DNA from: the human T2T-CHM13v2.0 reference genome, Homo sapiens
Strand: one strand, 5' to 3'
DNA: 64,000 bases
NCBI RefSeq assembly: GCF_009914755.1
Contig: NC_060932.1
This document shows, piece by piece, positions 51,383 to 64,000 of the stretch (its first letter is position 1; the number at the start of each line of letters is the position of its first letter). The translations under genes were made by a program, and so were the position numbers. The notes below the pieces were generated by a model, which did no database searches, was not told the DNA's origin, and worked only from the letters and a program-made list of their open reading frames with translations.

Positions 51383-51722
51383 AAACCATATTTTAAAATA
51401 TCACTTCCTTGGCTAAATCATAGAGAATGGACTGGCGCAAGGACAAGTTTGGAAGCCTGGAGAGTAGTTGCAGTGATTTAGGCAAGAGACGATGGCATTA
51501 TGAACCATGGTAGCGTGAGTGGGAATGAAGAGCAAGGGACAGATTCAAGACACTCAAAAGAGCTAAAGGTCAAATATCAGGGAAATGAGGACTACAGAGA
51601 AGGAAGAAGTCCAAATACCTCATAAGGTGTCTTCAGATAGGGAAACACACAAGGAGGAAGAGTTTTGGAGTCAGGGAACTTTAAATCTGATTTTTTTTTT
51701 TTCAATTTAAAATTGAGATATG

Positions 51723-53510
<1,788 letters not shown>

Positions 53511-54133
53511 GAGTGAAAACAAAATTTTATTCTAAAAATAGAACTCAGTAAAACGAAATAACAAAAGATAATAAAAAGGAAGAGAAAAGGCATTTTTAGA
53601 TATTTAAAATATCTAAAAATCAGATTTTTGTTTAAGTGAATGAAGAACTGAAGATGCCATCCTAGAATTGTTTTTGGGGCCAAGTTAAAAAAAAAGTCAA
53701 CCTTATTAATGGTATGTAGACAAAGAGGCAGAAGAATGTGGAAGCCTCTATCTCTGTTTCCTCCTGACTTTGTTCATAGCTGACATTCCTTCTGCCCCAC
53801 ACAGAGGGCTGGCCCCAGCACAGCTGCCCTGGTCTTGGCTGTGATTGATACGGATGCTCCAAAGTCAACAGGTGTGTTCTGATGTCAGAGTTTTTTGTGT
53901 TTCCTTTGGATGCATTCCAAGCCTGGATAGAGACGTGTCTGCCTGAAATGGCTTATCTCTTCTACAAGACTGGGTGGCTGGAAGATGCCTGAGACCATGG
54001 TGCCAGAGAATTCTCCGTTAGAGTATGTCCTTACAACTCAGTAAGCTTCCAGGGCTAAGTTCCGTGTTGTGTGATACACACGGAGTCTATGATCACAGGG
54101 AAACCAGCTAAAACATTTGATTCAAAACTTTGA

Positions 54134-54643
<510 letters not shown>

Positions 54644-56252
54644 TCAATTTATAATCATTCACCAGTCACAGGGGAAGAAGAAAATCCTAGATGCATCAGA
54701 AAAATAAATTACTAAGACAATTATAGTTATAAGATCTTCATGCTCATTGAAATTATTTCATGGGCTTAATTATTAATTCATTGAAGAAAACTGTGTTTTC
54801 ACTAGTTAAAGCTTAATTTAAATTGTAGATCATATTACCTTCCTTCTCCAAGTTATTAAGGAAGATCTTTCCAAAGCAGGAAAGGATTTTTGGTGTATTG
54901 TTAAAAGTAAAAATATGGTCTATCTATCAAACTAACTGGGGGAACTTAAGCATTTTTCTCATGCTCTAAATGGCCATGCTCCATGCTAGCTCAGGATCCT
55001 AATAAACTTCCCTCTTCCACATCAGGAATTATTTGATTGAGTTGCTCAATGAAATCAACTGGTTCTCCTTTCATTATTATAACCAAAGTCTTACATTGTT
55101 ATAATAAATATCAAAATTAGGAATGTATTTAAAGGCGTGATTTCATAGGCTCTGGTCCAGAGAACTGGACTCTTTTCCCCGCATGTCTGAGCCAAAATGA
55201 AGCAAGCCCCCACATACATGAATTATGGAGAATAAAACTCAGCAGGACAGGACATTAACAAGGATCAGATCAAAGGGCATTCACTGAGAGTAAGAGGTGA
55301 CATAATTCACAGAATAACTACAGGAAAAGGAAATGTTCTTGACGATTTTAGATTACCTTTTATGAGAGAGTCCTGGCAGTTTGGAATATGTTTCACTAAA
55401 AGGCAGGCCATACTTCCAGATTTCTGATTTATAATATTTTTTGAGTGCAATCAATATCTTTGTCTAAGACTGTCCCTATCTGGGCTGCCTTTAGAACAAA
55501 TCAACTGACACACAAAGAGTCCCTGCTCTCCGGGCCCCAACCTCCTTCTTGTACGGATGGGCTCTTCCTAAATCAAAAAACCCTGCCTCCTTCAGTTCTC
55601 CAGATTTCCTTACTCCCAGCTCAGCTACCCACACCCCAAGGGAGGGGTGGGTGATAATCCAGCTCTGGCACCCTCCTCTCCCCTACATGAGCCTCTCTGC
55701 AATGAGGCAGCCCAACTCCTCTGATGGGCTGTCACAAAGGTAATTGAAAAGGAGCATCAGGGCTCCTGTCCGCCTCCCTCACCCTCCTTGCTGGCAGCAT
55801 CTACCACATTCCTGTGGATGTGAGTGGAATCCTGGACCCCGCCATCTCTTAGGTCTCCCTGCTCTGTCACCACCAGGGCCAGAGTGTGATAGTTGATGCC
55901 TGCTGGACGCTTGGGGATTCCTGAGTTCTACTTTGTTCAGAAAAGGTCTGTGTCCGCTGATGTCTTATCAGCTGGCATAAGTTGGCAGGTGAGGTTGAGG
56001 ATTACCTCTGATTGCTGATTCTAGAGCAAGTAGACCCTGTAGTAGAAGAGAAGCCCATCCTTGTCAAGTGGAGGTTGATGCTCGGACTCTGCAGCTAGTT
56101 TAGAAGCCTAGTTAAGGGCTTCTCCCATGATGAAAACCACAGCCCTCGCCGCTGGCGAAGGAACACCAGGGTGAGGTTACCAGCATTCCTTCATTGTATC
56201 CTTACCAGGGATATTTTTTCCAGCCTGCTTCCACCTTGTATCTCCACACCAT

Positions 56253-56593
56253 GTTTTTGTCTTGTTTAGTTTTATTTGCAGATAGGGTCTGGCTCTGTCA
56301 CCCAGGCTGGAGTGCAGTGGCGTGATCTCGGCTCACTGCAGCCTCTCGCCTCCTGGGCTCAAGCGGTCCTCCTGCCTCAGCCTCCAAAGTAGTTGGGACC
56401 ACAAGCACACACCATCACACTTGGCTAATTATTCTTTCTTTCTTTTTTATTTTTTATTTATTTATTTATTTTTTTGTGGGGACGAGGTTTTGCCATGTCA
56501 CTCGGGCTGGTCTCCAACTCCTGGACTCAAGCAATCCACCTGCCTCAGCCTCCCAAAGTGTTGGGATTACAGGTGTGAGCCACTGCATGGCCC
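56253..56593 (-). mobile_element. Alu (AluJ)
   Basis: CACTGCAGCCTC, GGCTCAAGCG, expanded T-rich linker. Confidence 0.93.
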
Positions 56594-57091
56594 ATTCCGT
56601 GTTTTTAATTCACAGACCTGGCCCAGGAGGCATATTCCCCACTGTCACTTCCCCTCGGCCCCTCCAGGGAGGGAAACCCAGCACCCACTCCCATTCTATC
56701 TACCGCCCTGAGAGCTGTTCAGACAAAGACAGGCAATGAGAAGAAACAAACCCAGCCTTCTCTGTCCATCCTGTGAGGCCCGGCAGGCAACAGGGACAAT
56801 GGGAAAGGGAAGGAATTGCTATGCGTTAAGAATTCAGTAGTATTTTGTGGCCACATTTTCTTCCTCTCTTCTTCCAAACTCCTTTATCCTTCAAACTTAC
56901 CAAGTTGATACTGTACAATTCCTGACTTGTATTGTCTTGAGCAATGAAGCAAGGCTGCAGGGAGTCCACAGAGAAGCTGCTGGAGTGAATTTCCTTATCG
57001 ATAATTCTTATCAGCTCAAATATGCCACTGCTCTCTGACATAGTTTGAATGTTTTCAGAATATGTCCTTTCTTTTTAGTCTTATGGTATCG

Positions 57092-57405
<314 letters not shown>

Positions 57406-58021
57406 CGTTTTTGTTTTGTTTTGTCTTTTAATATAGAAGAGTAGGTATTAAATACGTTTTCTTTCCAGATTATTTTGGTTTAGTGAGATAACTAAATAAT
57501 ATTCAAAAGGAGGAATTTGATCAGCATCATCTTAAAAGCTATCTGAAATCTATTTCTAAGCCCCAGGGTGCCCTGGGCTGGTGAGCCTGCCCAGCCTCTG
57601 GGGGTGGTATGGACTGAATGACCGCAGGAAGGAAAGTGAGTCTGTGCCCTCTGTAAGCCTCTTTGTGGACTTTAAACAGTACTTGTGGACCACCTCCCTG
57701 GGCGTGCTTCTTTGTGGAGTTACTCATTCTCTTGGTTGTTATATTTACCTTGTGAACTTCATTCCCTCTAAAAGGTAGCTAAGGATACAGCAGAATGACT
57801 TGAAGAGTCACCATTTAGTAAATGTTTGGTTTGACATCTGCCAAGAAACAAATTAACATTGATGTCGGCCTGGGTGCATAGGAAGTACCAACACTGATGA
57901 GTGTTGCGGAGACCTTACTTAGTTCCAAGTGCTTTATGTCCAGCATTGCATTGACTCTTATTGCAACCTTATTAATAGAATGAGAGCACCATTATTACCT
58001 GCTTTAAAAATGAGAGGCTTG

Positions 58022-58272
<251 letters not shown>

Positions 58273-58879
58273 TTAAACGGTATGTTACATAAATGATACA
58301 TATTTTTCTTTGGATGGCTCCTTTCCCCATGAGTTTACAATGCATCATTTACTGAGGACAGAAGGTACCGCAAATGAGTTCGTCCTCACCAGACATGATC
58401 TTGGTGCTGGAGTTATGGGTAGAGGGATGGAAACTGTCCCGTTCCTCCTACAGTCAAAGAGCTGGCTTCCTCAGGCAAGAGGCTGAAATTTGATTTAGCT
58501 TTGCAAACATGGCTCCTCCAGGCCCTCAATTTTGACTGCCATAACACACACAGAAAATACAGGAGCTGATTCTCCCCGCTCCCCCCGCTCCCCTGGGTCT
58601 TACTCTTCTTCACTGTTCAGCTCGTCCTTTGGGTGTTTTCATTCACCCATATTCCTCCAATCAGTTCCCTCTCTGGGAAGTTAGCCAGATTTCATTGCTG
58701 TAGTGAGCACTCAAAGAACCGCATATGTAGGATACTTATAAAATTCATGGCACTGTGTGTGGCAGCAACTGCTTTAATCCTGGAGATAAGTCATTCCTCA
58801 ACATCTAGGTGACTATATCCTGAGGCACTGGGAAGTAACTTCCTCAACACTGAATAGCAAACCAGAGTTAGAATGTGTA

Positions 58880-59000
58880 CAAGTCCACCACTCCTTATCC
58901 ACAATTCTAAAACCCAAGCAGCTCTAAAAACCACCAGCAAAACGTGGCCTGACCTCATATGCCGTGGTTGACGGTCTTTACCTTACTTAATATAATACAA
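58880..59000 (+). mobile_element. MER46C-like fragment (5' part)
   Basis: ta|caagtccaccactccttatccacaattctaaaaccc resembles CAGGTCCACAATCCCTTATCCGCAATTCCGAAATCC. Confidence 0.6.
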
Positions 59001-59261
59001 CTCAAGTTGTGACTCACAGAACCTGTGCTCCTCCCCCGTTAATGGATAATGGTCTTGAAGGTTTCAAGTTTGTGGTGAGCCTCCACCCTCATGGTCATCC
59101 TCCACTGTCGGCTCCTCCTTCTCATAAATGTCAGCAGCTTCCAGTGATTGGTGGGGTAGGTGGGGGCTATAAGTTTCTCACCCAAATTTGCAAATCTTGG
59201 ACCACATCCTGACAAATGCATAAATGTTTAGCAAGTAAATTTCAAAATTCATAACTTCTGA

Positions 59262-59589
<328 letters not shown>

Positions 59590-59739
59590 CCCCTCTCTGA
59601 TCTTCAAAGAGTACCCGCATGAGAGTTCACTCTGTGCTGGGTGCAATTGTGTTCTGATGTGAGGACCACATGAGCTGAATGGATCCTTTTGCAGTCCACA
59701 CCTGAAATTGTAAAAATAAACAAAATAACTAAGAAACCC

Positions 59740-59990
59740 CTGACAATCCAACACTAAAAATCAAAGTTATTTTTTCAGCTTATTTGATAGAAAACAATCT
59801 GATACTGAGGGTTCGTTATAATTTCATTCATCCACTAAGTGCGAATACTTACATGTTTTGTGTTGAAGTTTTAATACATTTGCTTCCAGGGTGTTTCAGA
59901 CCTCTCTGGGTTATTAATAACTGCATGGCGAATGCATTTTATTCTTTTTCTACTTGGCCCAAAGGCTCTGAAGAAGGGATTAAGATCCTG
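59740..59990 (+). mobile_element. MER46C-like element
   Basis: atccactaagtgcgaatacttacatgttttg; terminal tggcccaaaggctctgaagaagggattaagatcctg|ta. Confidence 0.6.
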
Positions 59991-60319
59991 TAATTTGTTC
60001 ATTCAAGAACAAAAGGCCCATGTAATCTTTTTAGTCACCACTTATCTTGAACACCATGACTTTCACCAACAAAAAAATTATTTAGCATACTTTATTCCAA
60101 TTAGTGAATACATTTTTTGGTGTAGAGATTAGTAGTTTATTGCCTATTAGCCATTGCTATGGTAAAGTTTCTGATACTTGAAATGCCAGCTAACTACACT
60201 TGCTATTTGGCTGAAATATAATTTGCATGAAATAATCATCACATAGTCACTATAATACTCTAAGCACCAACATTTTAAGAAATGTGAACTATTTGCTATG
60301 AAATTATTTTAAAATTCCT

Positions 60320-60622
<303 letters not shown>

Positions 60623-61408
60623 TTCCTTAGAAACCTGCCCATATTTTAAAATGAAAAGGTTTAAACTGTATTGGAAAACCTACAGGAGTATGATTTCAAC
60701 CAACAGAAAAGCATTACAAACCTCCGCACCCAGTTTCTTTTTCATTATCTCCTAACTATTAAAGTGGTGTCGCTTGGTGCCACTGCACGCAAACACAAAT
60801 CCAAGCAGGAGACTAAAACTGTCAGTGGTTGTTAGGAGCCGGATATCCACATGACTTAGAATGTATCTATATTGATATTTTTAACCAACCAAAATCCAAA
60901 CATAAAATTGCATAGAAAATCCATAGATCCCCAAGAATATGTCTCAGAATTCCTCAGGCCCATGAACTCTACTCTGAAAAACACTAAACAATTCCTCTGC
61001 CATTATATGTGAAATCCAAAGGGAGAACTGAAGACTCAGGCTGATCCCAGAACACCGTACCATCTTAAGCTAGCTAAGCATATGAACTTATTCAATCTAC
61101 CTATAGTTTTCCTGCCTTCAAGCACTCCCCTGGACTGTGATAAAAATATATGTGTACTTGGCATGCAATGGAATCCTGCCAAGAAGGGCAACTGTTTCTT
61201 ATAAATGCTAAATAAACCTAAATTTCTAAAAATTATTGGAAATAAATTCAAATGAACCAATAAAATTTTTAAATGAACCAGTAAGTATATTTTAACGGAA
61301 CTGAGTTCATTGAAATTTTAAACACCTAGAGTTTATTGCTGGGGGGAAAGGATTTGTGAAGAAACTTCATTTATTGCATTATCTGAATTTATTAAAAATA
61401 TTTTGCTT

Positions 61409-61735
<327 letters not shown>

Positions 61736-62491
61736 TTTGCTCATCCTATCCATGTATTTTCAATTTAGTAAGTGTAAACATAGTAGATACTTTCTGTTGT
61801 AGCATGTAAGGCTTGATATTATTTCAATGGGGGAGGATTTCTAGCTTGGTAGTAAATTGCATTTTACAGAGGACAAAAAAAAAAAAAAGAATGCAAGCAT
61901 TTTAACCCTCACCAAGGATGCTGAAAAACTGATACAGTTTGCTCTGTTTCAGAGAAGCCTGGAAAAATTTAACAAAACTGGAGAGATCTAGGACTAAGGA
62001 GAGGTTTCAGAGGCTCTTTGGATTGAGCATTTGGCAGGACTCTGGGACAATTCCCATATCATCCCAAATTTATCCAAAGCCAAGAAATCTATAAAAAAGA
62101 GATCACCATACTCTCGAGATGGGTTGGAGGTGAAGGGTCATTTGTTTTGCAGCTTTATCCTGCGTATTAGACTTCTGTTTCCTAGGGAACAGTAAATGAT
62201 AGCATGAGGCTTACTTGTTTAAATGCAATCTCTCAATGGTGTAAGGCACCATAAATAAAAATCAAGTTGACCCAAAACACAATGCTACTTAATATGTAAT
62301 AATGTTGTAATATATAGATGTTTAATGTAAAAGATCAGTTTTAAAATTACTCATTTTTCAGTATTAATGTGACAACAATCAATAGGATATATGTGAGTAT
62401 ATATCTATACAAAGACATATGTATGTATATAATTATAAATTTACCAGTGATGAAGATTGATAACTGTTGTAATAACACAGAAAATACAAAC

Positions 62492-62670
62492 AGGCTGGGC
62501 GCAGTGGCTCACTCCTGTAATTCCAGCACTCTGGGAGGCTGAGGTGAGAGGATGGCTTGAACCAGGGAGGTCAAGGCTGCAGTGAGCCGTGATGGCGCCA
62601 CTGCCCTCCAGCCTCGGTGACAGAGTAAGACCTTGTCAAAAAAAAAAAAAGAAAGACAAAAGAAAAAAGA
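62492..62670 (+). mobile_element. Alu monomer with left-arm head and right-arm tail
   Basis: GGCTCACTCCTGTAATTCCAGCACTCTGGGAGG joined to GGCTGCAGTGAGCCGTGAT...; TSD agaaaataca. Confidence 0.85.
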
Positions 62671-63154
62671 AAGAAAATACATGCAAATAATTGTCCTGTT
62701 ATCAAGCATGTGTCTTTTGATTGGTTCTTGAACATCTGTCCGGAGTCAGTTGTATATGTTTCTCTGCTGTAAATGCATTTTTTTCCTCTCAAGACTTAAA
62801 GAAATAACAACAACAACAAAAACCCTCCAGTTTACCCGGATACTTTTTGGTGGCTCCAAGAGGATCTGATTGTGTCCTTGACCTCAAGGGCCACCTGAAG
62901 AGTAGTAAGAAGGCCTTTTCTTATGGGATGTTGGAGCAACTCAAATCTGTAAACTTGTCCCTGTTGCTCAGTTTAATTGAAAGCTGCCTTCATTTATTGC
63001 CATTTTGAACATGACTGAATTGGGATGAGAAGAGAGCGCATTTCTTCCTGATCGTTTTGAATCTTTTTTATAAGTTGCTTCTCTTTTCCACGGGAAGCTA
63101 TGGTTATGTATACGGTGAGCAAGGTAAAAATGAATAAAATCCTGACTAAATGTT

Positions 63155-63172
63155 TAGCGCCACCTATTGGTA
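63155..63172 (-). promoter_or_regulatory. CTCF-binding motif
   Basis: Minus strand reads tACCAATAGGTGGCGCTa, 13/14 match to CCASYAGRKGGCRS, CpG intact, in non-repeat sequence. Confidence 0.6.
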
Positions 63173-63439
63173 GTGAAGTACATATTGATTCTTGGTGACA
63201 GACATTCCCACCAAAGAGAGCAGAAGTAATTTTAATGATTCTTTTTCTTCCAGTGTATATGCCTGTATGCATGCTTTATTATGACTATTATATTTAAATA
63301 TAAACATATACTTAAATTTTGGTAATAATATAAATATGGAATTCTTCTAGGTTATGATTTGTATTATTTAGCTTCACAATACCCTTGAAGTAGAATATGC
63401 AGTGATAGTCTACTTTTCAACAGTAAAAAGAAAATTCTA

Positions 63440-63660
<221 letters not shown>

Positions 63661-63827
63661 TTATGTTTGTCTTGAAATACATATTGTCACCTATACACAA
63701 AGTATCTTGAATGTGCTCTATATCTTTTGAAACCGCCTTTAAAATGGTTTTCCACAGAAATTTGAGTTTGAAATAATGATGTTATTTAAATTCAGTTACT
63801 TATCTGTGCTAAGAATGAACTGGCCAC

Positions 63828-63935
63828 AGATGGTGCTGAGACAACTGGATTTGCACATGGAAAACAATAAAGTTGGACTCCTACCTCATACCATAAATGA
63901 CACTTAAATCAAAATGGATCAAATGCCTAAACAAA
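63828..63935 (+). mobile_element. Old L1 ORF2 fragment
   Basis: atggtgctgagacaactggat...ctacctcataccata...aaaatggatcaaa. Confidence 0.65.
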
Positions 63936-63947
63936 ATGTAATATATA

Positions 63948-64000
63948 GGCCAGGCATGGTGGCTCATGCCTGTAATCCCAACACTTTGGGAGGCCGAGAC
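63948..64000 (+). mobile_element. Alu 5' end, cut by window edge
   Basis: ggccaggcatggtggctcatgcctgtaatccc. Confidence 0.9.

Overview
Primate (most likely human) non-coding genomic DNA, intergenic or deep intronic. I cannot name the locus and see no credible protein-coding host gene. About 40 Alu/FLAM copies are present. There are also old L1M fragments, one 5'-truncated L1PA3-like element with TSDs (40863-42345), L2 and MIR relics, and an MLT1-type LTR. DNA transposons include an apparently full-length Tigger1 (16784-19880), Tigger3a, MER2B, MER46C, MER63, MER3 and a Charlie1-like end. A full-length 7SL (SRP RNA) retropseudogene is split by an Alu. Nearly all long ORFs in the track are Alu, L1 or Tigger translations. 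I found no evidence for a new multi-gene system. The most interesting signals are DNA-repair and insertion scars visible in the sequence: an old ~120-bp inverted duplication (29645-30063), a 66-bp templated copy dropped into a MIR (30203/30970), a four-unit fold-back insertion (53082-53137) and two Alus stacked in one target site (18875-19268). Candidate regulatory elements are CpG-retaining segments at 4.45-5.08 kb and 12.6-14.5 kb and a strong CTCF motif at 63155. Repeat subfamily calls come from remembered consensus sequences, and the boundaries of old repeats are approximate.
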